The position numbers and the translations under genes were made by a program. Under the pieces are notes generated by a model, which was not told the DNA's origin, ran no database searches, and saw only the letters and a list, made by a program, of their open reading frames with translations. A stretch of DNA of 64,000 nucleotides from Squalus acanthias (taxonomy: Eukaryota). The DNA lies in contig CM059431.1 in the NCBI GenBank assembly GCA_030390025.1, forward strand, positions 101,620,001-101,684,000, read 5' to 3'. Shown in pieces: positions 24,915-36,936 of the stretch (positions within the stretch are counted from its first letter, which is position 1; each line of letters opens with the position of its first letter).

Positions 24915-26445
24915 TGTCCTGGGGGCCAATATTTATCCCTTAATCAACATCACTAAAACAAAACAGATTACCCGGTCATTATCACATTGTTGTTTGTGGG
25001 AGCTTGCTGCGCGCAAATTGGCTGCCGCGTTTCCTACAACAGTGACTACACTCCAAAAAGTACTTCATTGGCTGTAAACTTGAGGTCATCCAAAACTCGG
25101 CTGCCCGTGTCCTAACTCGCACCAAGTCCTGTTCGCCCATCTCCCCTGTGCTCGCTGACCTACATTGGCTCCCGGTTAAGCAACGCCTCGATTTCAAAAT
25201 TCTCATCCTTGTTTTCAAATCCCTCCATGGCCTCGCCCCTTCCTATCTCTGTAATCTCCTTCAGCCCCACAACCCCCCCGAGATATCAGCGCTCCTCTAA
25301 TTCTGCCCTCTTGAGCATCCCTGATTATAATCGCTCAACCATTGGTGGCCGTGCCTTCTGTTGCCTCGGCCCTAAGCTCTGGAATTCCCTCCCTCAACCT
25401 CTCCGCCTCGCTACCTCTCTTTCCTCCTTTAAGACGCTCCTTAAAACCTACCTCTTTGACCAAGCTTTTGGACACCTGCCATAATTTACCCTTATGTGGA
25501 TTGGTGTCAAATGTTTTGTCTTTTAATACTCCTGTGAAGCGCCTTGGGACGTTTTACTACGTTAAAGGCGCTATATAAATACAAGTTGTTGTTGTAAAGC
25601 GCTTTGGGACGTCGTGAATGGTGCGATAGAAATACAAGTCTCTTTTTTTGTTTTTTCTTATGTAATTTTTCCATGTCCTCTAACTCGCTGAAAGCGCCCT
25701 GGGACGTTTTACTACGTTGAAGGGGATCTATAAACACCAGTTGCTGCTGTTGTTGAAGTTACGGTTGGAAAAGGTTTCTTATAGTTGGGGAATCAGTCCC
25801 CGAAATCAGGTGGCGATTTCTTCTTCTGCCTCTTTTAAATAGAAAGTTGCACCAGTCAATCCAGCAGACAAATGAAACCACTTCTGTTGCTGCACTGCCT
25901 GTGTAATTAGGCTGGGCTCCAGATCAGCAGAAATGTGCAGTTGCCATGTTCAAAATGGTCACCTTGGCTGGCTTTAGTAAGTCCCGTTCACCCATCACCC
26001 CCCCCCCCCGTGCTCACTGACCTACATCGGCTCCCGGTCTGGCAAAGCCTCGATTTTAAAATTCTCATCCTTGTTTTCAAATCCCTGCATGGCCTCGCCC
26101 CTCCCTATCTCTGTAACCTCCTCCAGCCCTACAACCCTCCGCGATCTCTGCGCTCCTCCAATTCTGGCCTCTTGCGCATCCCCGATTTTAATCGCTCCAC
26201 CATTGGCGGCCGTGCTTTCAGCTGCCTGGGTCCTAAGCTCTGGAATTCCCTCCCTAAATCTCTCCGCCTCTCTTCTCATTTAAGACGCGTCTTAAATACT
26301 ACCTCTTTTGACCAAGCTTTTGGTCACCTGTCCTAATATCTCCTTATGTGGCTCGGTGTCAAATTGTGTTTGATAATCGCTCCTGTGAAGCGCCTTGGGG
26401 CGTTTAACTACATTAAAGGCGCTGTATAAATGCACGTTGTTGTAT
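24915..26445 (+). mobile_element. DeuSINE fragment plus L2 3' fragments (~25080-25595, ~25980-26445)
   Basis: Same L2 and SINE sequences as elsewhere in the window. Confidence 0.85.
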
Positions 26446-26647
26446 TAATAACTGTGTGGGCAGACTATTGGTGATGAAATCCCCAACATTTGTTGTTCTG
26501 TCACCAATGCCCCATGAAGGATTGTAGCTTCTAAGTGTTGACTGATAATTGAAAACAGTAGTTTGGATATTAAGTACTCGACATTTTCACAATATGAGAA
26601 CAGTAAAAACTCTTCAAACTCAAATTGTCTTTGTGTTTTCTTTGTAG

Positions 26648-26764
26648 GCTAAGCCAAAGGACATTGAACCAATAGACTATGAGAATGTCTTATTACAGAA
26701 GAAAGCACAGATTATCAGTGATCCTTTACGGGACATGCTGCTTTTTCCGAATGAAGATTTCCAG
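26648..26764 (+). CDS. DOCK9: DOCK9-like exon 2 ([39 protein letters not shown])
   Basis: Polypyrimidine tract plus tttgtag| acceptor, 117 nt, CAG|gtgagt donor. Peptide matches the DOCK-D N-terminal region (human DOCK9 AKPKLIEPLDYENV...MLLFPYDDFQ). Confidence 0.93.
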
Positions 26765-27591
26765 GTGAGTAATGTCATGGCGGACTATAATATTAGATTA
26801 AGAATGTTTCAAGTTTTTTTTCCACACTTGTTTGAAAAGAGTCTTCAGTTCTGGGCACCGCATCTCAGGAAGGATATATCGGCCTTGGATGGGGTGCAGT
26901 GCAGATCTACCAGAATGATACCAGGTCTGAAAGACTGAGGGGTGTTTGAGATGATTTAAACGAGCTGAAAGGGTAGATAGAGAGAAACTATTTCCTCTAG
27001 TGCGGGATGGGGGGGGGAGTCCAGAACAAGGGGGCATCACCTTAAAATTAGAGCTAGGTCATTCAGGGTGATGTTAGAAACCTAAGAACATAAGAAATAG
27101 GAGCAGGAGTCGGCCATTTGGCCCTTCGAGCCTGCTCCGCCATTCAGTGAGATCATGGCTGATCTGATCTTGGGCTCAACTCCATTTCCCTGCCCACTCC
27201 TCGTAAGCACTTCTTCACGCAAAGGGTAGTGGAAATCTGGAAAACACTCCCCCGCCCCGCACCCCACCCCCCCCCACCCACAAAAGCTGCTGAGGCTGGG
27301 GATGAAATAGAAAATTTCAAAACGGAGATTGATAGATTTTTGTTAGACACGTATATTAAGGGTTATGGAACCATGTCGGGTAGATGGAGTTAAGATACAG
27401 ATCAGCAGTGATCTAACTGAATGGCGGAACCGGCTCGAGGGGCTGAATGGCCTCCTCCTGTTTTTTTGTTTAGGAACCACTGTGGCCCAATTACAACGAA
27501 GACAAGCTTAAGAACATAAGAAATAGGAGCAGGAGTCGGCCATATGGCCCTTCGAGCCTGCTTCGCCATTCAATAAGATCATGGCTGATCT

Positions 27592-27688
27592 AAAAACAGA
27601 AAATGCTGGAGATACTCAGCAGGTCAGGCAGTATCTGTGAAGAGAGAAACAGAGTTAACGTTTCAGGTCGATGACCTTTCGTCAGAAC
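27592..27688 (-). mobile_element. Second Penelope-like family terminus with hammerhead motif at 27653-27689 (-)
   Basis: 10-bp TSD TGGCTGATCT at 27582-27591 and 27689-27698. Reverse complement reads AGTT-CTGACGA-A-AGGTC atc GACCT-GAAA-CGTT-AACT. Confidence 0.78.
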
Positions 27689-29297
27689 TGGCTGATCTTC
27701 TACCTCAACTCCACTTTCCCACCCGTTCCCTATATCCCTTGATTCCCTTAATATTCAAAAATCTATCGATCTAAACCTTGAATATACTCAACGACTGAGC
27801 ATCCACAGTCCTCTGGGGCAGAGAATTCCAAAGATTCACAACCCTCTGAGTGAAGAAATTTCTCCTCATTTCAGTCCTAAATGGTCGACCCCTTATCCTT
27901 AGACTATGCCCACCTAGTTCTAGACTCTCCAACCAGGGGAAACAGCCTCTCAGCATCTACCCTGTCAAACCCTCTCAGAATTTTATATGTTTCAATGAGA
28001 TCACCTCTTATTCTTCTAAACTCCAGAGAAGTGGCAAGTTGGATCCGAAGTTGGCTCAGAGGCAGGAAACAAAGGGTAATGGTCGAAGGGTGTTTTTGTG
28101 ACTGGAAGGCTGTTTCCAGTGGGGTTCCGCAGGGCTCAGTACTGGGTCCTTTGCTTTTTGTGGTATATATCAATGATTTGGACTTGAATGTAGGAAGTAT
28201 GATTAAGAAGTTTGCAGATGATACAAAAATTGGTCGTGTGGTTGGTAATGAAGAAGAAAGCTGTAGACTGCAGGAAGATATCAGTGGACTGGTCAGGTGG
28301 GCAGAACAGTGGCAAATGGAATTCAATCCAGAGAAGTGTGAGGTAATGCATTTGGGGAGGGCTAACAAGGCAAGGGAATACACAATAAATGGTAGGACAC
28401 CGAGAAGTGCAGAGGATCAGAGGGACCTTGGAGTGCATGTCCACTAATCCCTGAAGGTAGCAGGACAGGTAGATAAGGTGGTTAAGAAGGCATACGGGAT
28501 ACTTGCCTTTATTAGCCGAGGCATAGAATATAAGAGCAGGGAGGTTATGCTTGAACTGTATTAAACACTAGTTAGGCCGCAGCTAGAATACTGCGTGCAG
28601 TTCTAGTCACCACATTACAGGAAGGATGTGATTGCACTAGAGAGGGTGCAGAGGAGATTTACGAGGATGTTGTTTGGGCTGGGGAATTTTCGCTATGAGG
28701 AAAGATTGGATAGGCCGGGGTTGTTTTCTTTGGAACAGAGGAGGCTGAGGGGAGACCTAATTGAGGTGTATAAAATTATGAGGGGCCGAGATAGAGTGGA
28801 TAGGAAGGATCTATTTCCCTTAGCAGAGGAGTCGATAACCAGGGGGGCATAGATTTAAAGTAATTGGCAGGAGGTTTAGAGGGGATTTGAGGAGAAATTG
28901 TTTCACCCAGAGGGCGGTGGGGGTCTGGAACTCGCTGCCTGAAAGGGTGGTAGAGGCAGAGACCCTCATCACATTTAAAAAGTACTTGGATATGCACTTG
29001 AAGTGCTGTAACCTACAAGGCTACGGACCAAGAGCTGGAAAGTGGGATTAGGCTGGATAGCTCTTTGTTGGCCGGCACGGACAAGATGGGCCGAATGGCC
29101 TCCTGTGCTGTAAATTTCTATGATTCTATGAATAGGCCCATTCTACTCAAAATCTCCTCATAGGACAGCCCTCTCATCCCAGGAATCAGTCTAGTGACCC
29201 TTTTGAGGCACCCCCTCTAAGTCAAGTCTATCCGTCCTTGGAGATCAAAACTGTGCACAGTACTCCAGGTGTGGTCTCACCAAAGCTCTATATAATT

Positions 29298-29503
29298 GTG
29301 AGAAGTCGCACAACACCAGGTTATAGTCCAACAGCTTTATTTGAAATCACAAGCTTTCGGAGCGCTTTTCCTTCACCTGACGAAGGAGCAGCGCTCCGAA
29401 AGCTTGTGATTTCAAATAAAGCTGTTGGACTATAACCTGGTGTTGTGCGACTTCTCACATTTGTCCACCCCAGTCCAACACCGGCATCTCCACATCATGG
29501 CTA
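29298..29503 (+). mobile_element. Penelope-like fold-back insertion with hammerhead motif at 29373-29409 (+)
   Basis: 10-bp TSD CTATATAATT at 29288-29297 and 29504-29513. Inverted arms. TCAC-CTGACGA-AGGAGCAGCGCTCC-GAAA-GCTT-GTGA. Confidence 0.82.
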
Positions 29504-30119
29504 CTATATAATTACAGCAAGGCTTCCTTACTCTTGTCCTGAACTCTTAAATAACCATTCAAAAAGCTGAGAGAGACTGGAAAATTGCAATCTTGCACTC
29601 TTACTGAATTGGGTTTGGTTTATGATGACCAGTAAATGGTTGGTTATTTTTTTCCAGCAGTAATGATGTGTAGAAGACCAAATGGTCACAACATACACGA
29701 TCGCTACTTGAAGAACATGTCCGAGAGTTATCACAAGCTCTGGGTTACAGCGTATTTATCAAGTTAATTATTTCCTTTTGGACAGTAAAAGGTTTGCAGA
29801 CTGATTTAGTAGAAGGAAAAATTTAGTGGAGTTGATGTGGCAAAGTTCTTGGGATCAAATAAAACAATTAGTTGCTGCGCGAGGAAATCCTTCTTCAGCC
29901 AGTTTCCAGTGATGAGTGCATCTCTGTCCTCCTGCTCGTGGAAATGTAGTCGTGTCGAAATTTCCTGTTTCACAAGGTATATTTTGCTATCGAGCCCGGG
30001 TGTGGGTCAGAGGTTATCCGTAAGGTTGCAAACCATTGCTGAAGGATGTCTGTTTACCTTGTTCTCGTTCCAAATCCATGATGGATGGAGTTCCGAGGTC
30101 TGTTCATCATTAGATTGAT

Positions 30120-31495
30120 TCACTAGGTTCACTAGATTGATCCCTGGGATCAGAGGGTTGTCCTTTATGAGGAGAGATTGTGTAGATTGGGCCGATACTC
30201 GCTGGTGTTTAGAAGAATGAGAGGTAATCTCATTGAAATATACAGGATTCTGAGGGGGATTGACAGGGTAGATGCTGAGAGGTTGTTTCCCCTGGCTGGA
30301 GAGTCTAGAACCAGGGGGCATAGACTCAGGATAAAGGGTCGGCCATTTAAGACTGAGATGAGGAGGAATTTCTTCACTCAGAGGGTTGTGAATCTTTGGA
30401 ATTCTCTGCCCCAGAGGGCTGTGGATGCTGAGTCTTTGGGGGAAAAATTCGGTTGCTTTGCGCCTCCCGTTAGCACCCTAAAGGTGTTAACGGGGCGCAA
30501 AGCAGCTAGCGCCCGGGCACGGCGATGTTTGCGCCGCTCGCGAAATTGACCAGACATTTTATGGCGGCGCTAAACACTACCGCCACGATCTCCTGCGCCC
30601 GCAGATCGTGACGTCAGTCGAGCGGCAACGCCCCGGAGCGGATATTGAGTGGCGCCCCCTGCCTTACCGCCTGCCGCTAGCAACAACAGGTTGAGGGGAG
30701 CGTTTTGCAGTCGGGAAGGGACTAGGGGAGCGCTATTTAAAGGCGACTGCTTCCTGCCTTTTTTTGTCAGTGACATTTTTGCACCACGCATTCTGAGAGA
30801 AGAGAGAGACTTCTGGAGAGATTCAACGCTGTGTGAAGGAGTTTTGGGTACTGAGCAGCACTTTGCAGGTTCATTTTGATTTGACCTTCCTTGTATCAAT
30901 TTAGAAGAGACTGTGGGGGCTGCACTCTGAGCCCTTTCCCTGGGCCTCTCCATTGTTCTTTCCAGCAGAATTGATGTACAGGTCTCTCCAGGCCGAGATT
31001 CAAGGCTGCAATGAGCAGGGTGTGGATGGAGAGCAAGATCGACCCTCCCCTTTAAGAACTGGCCGGCGCCAGTGTGTCTGTGTTCCATTGCTAACTGACA
31101 TCACATGAGCTTCGCCAGCGCTCTGAGGTAGCGCCTCGCTCCTCAGCGTTAGCGCCTTAAGAGAGATTTGTAGCGCCTGATTTAGCGCTCCAATCACCTC
31201 CAGGGGCAATAGAAGCTAAGTTTGCAGTCGGAGGCGATAATTAGCGGCAGGCGCTAACTTTGCGCCCGGCCGATAATTGCGCCCCAAACGGGGCAGTACC
31301 GAATTTCTCCCCCTTTGCGTATATTCAAGGCTGAGATAGATAGATTTTTGGACTCTAATGGGAATCAAGGGATATGGGGATAGTGCAGGAAAGTGGAGTT
31401 AAGGTTGAAGATCAGCCATGATCTTATTGAATGGCAGAGCAGGCTCGAGGGGCCGAATGGCCGACTCTTGCTCCTAATTTTTATGTTCTTATGCC
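30120..31495 (+). mobile_element. CR1 3' fragment split by the non-autonomous Harbinger
   Basis: ...GATGCTGAGTCTTT|insert|TTTGCGTATATTCAAGG... Confidence 0.9.
30438..31313 (+). mobile_element. Non-autonomous Harbinger element related to 47911-52013, inserted in a CR1 3' fragment
   Basis: TIRs GGGGGAAAAATTCGGT / ACCGAATTTCTCCCCC. TTT TSD at 30435-30437 and 31314-31316. Both halves align by eye with the two ends of the long element. Confidence 0.95.
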
Positions 31496-31852
31496 ATGAG
31501 TGGATTTTCGCTTCCCCATCCGTTCTGTACGGCCGGTATTGCAGGGCTTTCAGTATAAAAGGTTATTTGCAAGAAGTAGTTTAGCACTCTGAAGAAAGGG
31601 TTACTTTCATGGTTTGTTTTCCTGAAATCTTGAGGCAATTGAAGTCTGTTTGTGGCAAGGAGTTGGAGCGGGGACAGGAAAATGTTGTTGCTGGCTTCTG
31701 TCTATCCTGCATCTGCATACTTTTAATTTAGGCTTTTAGAAGAGAGGTTGTGCTTTGGAGGACAGCGTACGTGCTGAGCCCCCCCCCCCCACGTGCTGCT
31801 GCTGATTGCTGGCGGAATCTCAACACCTGTCCCAACGCGCGCACTTTGGTGG

Positions 31853-32413
31853 GTGTCAGCCGTGGCTCAGTGGGTAGCGCTCGCTCCTCTGACCCAGAAG
31901 GTTGTTCTGACAACGAAGTTAAACCGTGATATCCCACGGCCACTATTTCGAAGAAGAGCAGGGGGAGTTCTCCCTGGTGTCCTGGATGATATTTATCCCT
32001 CAGCCAACATCACCAAAAAACAGATTACCCGGTTTTCTAACCAATCAGCAGGGGTGACTTATTTGGCTGTAAACAAACAAACAGTATAAAAAGACCAGTG
32101 CTAGTGCGAGCCAGCACTGAGTGCGAGTCAGCAGAGAGTGCTGTGAGTTTGGGTAAGTGTGAGAGTTCTTTAATTGTTAGTTCTCTTTAAATCATTCTTG
32201 ATAAGAGTACTTAAGCAGTTTAAGTGAAGGGGAAAAGTTAAATATTTGGGATTCTGTTGGTTAAGAAGAGTAAAACAAGGTTACACTGCAGTAGGAGTAA
32301 ATTGGCTGCTGTGTTTCCCTACATTACAACTGTGACTACACTTCAAAACAAGTACTTCATTGGTTGTAAAGCGCTTTGGGACGTCCTGAAAGGCGCTATA
32401 CAAATGCAAGTCC
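31853..32413 (+). mobile_element. Deleted DeuSINE interrupted by a non-SINE segment (~32033-32298)
   Basis: Head at 31853, body to CAGATTACCCGG, resumes at AAATTGGCTGCTG (32299). Confidence 0.8.
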
Positions 32414-33734
32414 TGTCATTTAATCGGATGGCTCATGGCGATAAATGACCAGCATATTCGCGCTAAACTTGGATAATTAGCTTCCCCCTTGTCAGACGCA
32501 AGGTTAGTAGACACGAGAGGAAATTGTACAAGTTTTGTGTTTACACGTGCCCCCGCAAAATGCTGAAACTTCACCTGGGAGTCGGAGCAGCTGGAGAAGA
32601 TTCAAGGACAAAGCTTTGTGTCCTTCCTTCACATCAAGGAGCCGCAGTATCCTGACAGGATTTCTCTTTCAGTTGTAGAATTGTTGGTGTTACAATAGAA
32701 ACCTGCGCAGTTATACTTCCCATATAATTCTGAGGGAGAGCATATGAAAAAACGAGAAGGCTGCGCCCAATTCTGGCCCGACTTTTTACTAGCTCAGAGA
32801 GTTGCAGCTACACACTGCTGAACGTTCTCTTGTTTACCCTGGTCCTGTTTGCTGGATTTGCGTGGGAGAGACGTGAAGGCTTTTTCTGCCTTTGCTGTAA
32901 CTGTGTCGAACTTGGTTCGCCGAGCAGAATGACGGCACCAGTCGCTAGTGCCACTGCACTTTATTAAAAAAAACACAGAAGAGGCCACATCTTCAGGCCA
33001 TCCCAAAGCACTTCACAGGCAGTGAATTACTCCTGAATCGTCGTTACTGTTGGGGTACGGGGCCTCGGGCTAACATCGCACCTGAAAGACAGCACCTCTG
33101 ACAATGCAGCACGCAAGTGGTGGGGGGTGAGATGAAGTAGATAGAGTGGGAGGAGGCTGGTGTGGAGAATAAACACCGTCGGGGACCTGTTGTGGCGAAT
33201 GGTCTGTTTCTGTGCTGTAAATCTTATGGAACGGTCTATAAAAAGTGACGGCGAAGATCACGGGCAAAACACGGGTTAAAGGTTGTTCTGATGGGCCAAT
33301 GTTTGGAACTATTGTATCCCAGGGGTAAGTGCTGGGTCCAGTTTTTGAGGGGGATAATTTGGACTTGGGCGCGGGAGCATTATCTTGAGGTGTGAGGGTT
33401 TGGTGAACAGTGAGGAGGATTGCAGGCCGTAGACACGTTGGTGGAATGTGCGGATAGCTGAGGCAGAGACCATTGCATCTTTTGAGAGGAGTCGATGAAC
33501 ATTTGAAGCAGGGGAGGATACAGGGTGATGGAAGACTCCAGGGCAGTGGGATTAATGTTTGAGTTGCTGTAGCAAAGAGTTGTTAAGTAACGATGGGCTG
33601 AATCGTCCCCTTCAGTGCTGGAGACTTCCATGGGACATCCACCATTTCTTTTGTCTGGTCTGAAATACCGTATTGCCATGTCATTGCATTCAGGCTCAAA
33701 CTAGCTCAGTTGTAAGTACACGTATTTACTGTAA

Positions 33735-34865
33735 AGAAAGACTTGCATTTATACAGCACCTTTCACAACCTCCGGACGTCCCAAAATGCTTTACAGCCAG
33801 TGAAGTACTTTTTGGAGTGTGGTCACTGTTGTAATGTAGGAAACGCGGCAGCCAAATTGTGCACAGCAAGCTCCCACAAACAGCAATGTGATAATGACCA
33901 GATAAGTGATGTTGGTTGAGGGATAAATATTGGCCAGGACACCGGGGAGAACTCCCCTGCTCTTCGAAATAGTGCCGTGGGATCTTTTACGTCCACCAGA
34001 GAGGGCAGACGGGGCCTCGGTTTAACGTCTCATCCGAAAGACGGCACCTCCGACAGTGCGGCGCTCCCTCAACACTGCCCCTCCGACAGTGCGGCGCTCC
34101 CTCAGTACTGGCCCTCCGACAGTGCGGCGCTCCCTCAGTACTGCCCCTCCGACAGTGCGGCGCTCCCTCAGCACTGCCCCTCCGACAGTGCGGCGCTCCC
34201 ACAGTACTGCCCCTCCGACAGTGCGGCGCTCCCTCAGCACTGCCCCTCCGACAGTGCGGCGCTCCCTCAGTACTGCCCCTCCGACAGTGCGGCGCTCCCT
34301 CAGCACTGCCCCTCCGACAGTGCCGCGCTCCCTCAACACTGCCCCTCCGACAGTGCGGCGCTCCCTTAGCACTGCCCCTCCGACAGTGCGGCGCTCCCAC
34401 AGTACTGCCCCTCCGACAGTGCGGCGCTCCCTCAGCACTGCCCCTCCGACAGTGCGGCGCTCCCTCAGTACTGCCCCTCCGACAGTGCGGCGCTCCCTCA
34501 GTACTGCCCCTCCGACAGTGCGGCGCTCCCTCAGTACCGCCCCTCCGACAGTGCGGCGCTCCCTCAGCACTGCCCCTCCGACAGTGCGGCGCTCCCTCAG
34601 CACTGCGCCTCCGACAGTGCGGCGCTCCCTCAGTACTGCCCCTCCGACAGTGCAGCACTCCCTCAGTACTGACCCTCCGACAGTGCGGCGCTCCCTCAGT
34701 ACTGACCCTCCGACAGTGCGGCGCTCCCTCAGCACTGCCCCACCGACAGTGCAGCACTCCCTCAGTACTGCACTGGGAGTGTCGGCCTAGATTTTGTGCG
34801 CAGGTCTCTGGAGTGGGACCTGAACCCACAACCTTCTGCCTCAGGTGAGAGTGCGACCCACTGAC
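33735..34865 (-). mobile_element. DeuSINE with internal 33-bp minisatellite (~34047-34771, ~22 units)
   Basis: Tail, body, array and head in the expected order. Confidence 0.92.
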
Positions 34866-35304
34866 AGAAGAGGTGAGTTACAGGTGGTATAAATATTGAG
34901 AACACAATAATGATAAAATCAGTCCACAAGTGATTAAAGTACTCTTTTTACAATGCATTTATTATAGTCTGATAACCTGCAAGACTTTTGGATGAAAGAG
35001 TTTTGTAAACTTTTTATTGCTATTAGCCACTCCCTCAATACAACGACAAAGGGACCTTTTTAAAAATGCAGCTATTTTTAACTCCTATCTACGAAATCGG
35101 CTAAAGTCAAGAAACATGTTTTACAGATTTTTTGCCATATGGCAAAGTTTGAAAACTCTGCTTTCATCAATTGTGATCGGACTTTGTGATTTTAAAAAAA
35201 CCATCATTAAATGAAAATCACACTGGCACTTTGTTCCCTGGCATATTTATGAATTTATTTCGATCTTCCAAATATTTGCAGTTTTTTTCTCCTCCTTTTG
35301 TGAG

Positions 35305-36095
35305 AAGTGATGCATTTTGGAAAGTAGGAAGAGGAGAGGCAATATAAACAAAATGGTACAATTTTTAAAAGGGATGTGGGAATGGAGAGATCTGCGGGTG
35401 TGCGTACAGAAATCTTTGAAGGTGGCAGGGCAAGTTGATATGGCTGTTTAAAAAAAAAACCAAACATCTGGGATCCTGGGCTTTATAAATAGAGCCGTCG
35501 AATACAAAAGCCAGGAAGTTGTGTTCAACCTTCTATAAATCCTTGGGTTGGGCCTCAGCTGGAGTATTGTGTCCAATTCTGGGCACCACACTTTAGGAAG
35601 GATGTCAAGGCCTTGGAGAGGGTGCAGAGGAGATTTACCAGAATGGGACCAGGGATGAGGGACTTCAGTTACGTGGAGAGACTGGAGAAGCTGGGGTTGT
35701 TCTCCTTCGAGCAGAGAAGGTTAAGGGGAGATTTAATCGAGGTGTTCAAAAAATCATGAAGGGTTTTGACAGAGTAAATAAGGAGAAACTGTTTCCACTG
35801 GCAGGAGGGTCGGTAACCAAAGGAGAAAGATTGGCTAAAAAACCAGGACGGGAGATGAGGAGAAATTGTTTTACACGGCGAGTTGTTGTGATCTAGAATT
35901 CACTGCCTGAAAGGGCGGTGGGAGCCGATTCAGTAGTAACATTCAAAAGGGAATTGGATAAATACTTGCAGGGGAGAAAGTTTACAGGGCTGAGTGGAAA
36001 GACCAGGGGCAAGTGGGACTAATTGGAGAGCTCTTTCAAAGAGCCGGCACAGGCACGATGGGCCGAATGGCCTCCTGCTGTGCTGTCGGATTCGA
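35305..36095 (+). mobile_element. CR1 3' fragment
   Basis: Decayed LEYCVQFWAP and RRLRGDLIEVF motifs, CR1 tail. Confidence 0.85.
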
Positions 36096-36631
36096 TGGTT
36101 AGTCGGCCCAGTATGATGCACATTTTATTTTGCCTTGTCGTGGTTCGGCTTCACGTAAAATTTTCAATGTAACCGAAGCCAAGCCGTGTGAGCCTCGGTT
36201 TGGGATTTGGGTGTAAAGGTCACCTCCGCTCTTTGGGTTTCCTGCTGGTTGCTGTATAACTGGAACTGGTACAAGGCCAACATTTTTGAACTTCAAAGTT
36301 ATTAAAAACTTCCTGGGACAGTCAGCTTTTCACAGATATTGAAGTTTCACTGGTATCCTGATGTGTTCTTGAATGTCCCACTTTCCCCAATTTTGATGAG
36401 ACAGAGAATGGACTTGGGATGGAGTTCTGTGTCGGAAATGTATCTTTGTTTTATATCTGTTGAACGAGTAGAGTTGGTGCAATATTATCTTGCGTTAATG
36501 AGGCTCAGTGGTTTAGAGTTCTGATATTTTAACAGTCAGCCTCAAAGCTCCAAGTGCAGAAAATCTTTTATTAAAAAAGACAAGCACATAAATTTAATAA
36601 TACTTCTTCTGTGCTGAAGAGTTTGTGTAAA

Positions 36632-36882
36632 CTCTTCTTCCTCTCCTTTCTCCTCTCGCACACCTCCTCTCTGCTCTCTCCCCTCTCTATTCCTCTTTTT
36701 CTTCATTTCATCTCACTTTTTCTCTTTCTCTCTTTTTCTCTTTCTTTCTCTTTCTTCCTTTCTTCTGTCTCTCGCTGTCTCTCTCTCTGTCTGTCTCTCT
36801 CGGTCTCTCTCTGTCTCACTCTCTCTCTCTGTCTGTCTCGCGCTCTCTCTCTCTGTGTCCCCCTTACTCTTTCTTTCTCTCT

Positions 36883-36920
<38 letters not shown>

Positions 36921-36936
36921 CCCCCCCCACCCCCCT
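36632..36936. repeat. Polypyrimidine / degenerate (CT)n tract
   Basis: About 300 nt of almost pure C/T on the + strand. Confidence 0.95.

Larger units (their letters stand above)
26845..29540. mobile_element. Nested CR1 stack: CR1 (+ ~26845-27465); CR1 (- ~27510-29540) containing CR1 (+ ~28030-29130) and two Penelope-like insertions
   Basis: RT motifs SGVPQGSVLGP/YINDLD/KFADDTK at ~28120-28230. The host element resumes after each insertion. Confidence 0.87.

Noticed and set aside
26648..26764. Assignment to DOCK11 or DOCK10
   Set aside because: SDPLRD is DOCK11-like, but AKPK.IEP, QKK, MLLFP..DFQ, the exon-3 peptide and the first exon fit DOCK9 better. A phylogeny would settle it.
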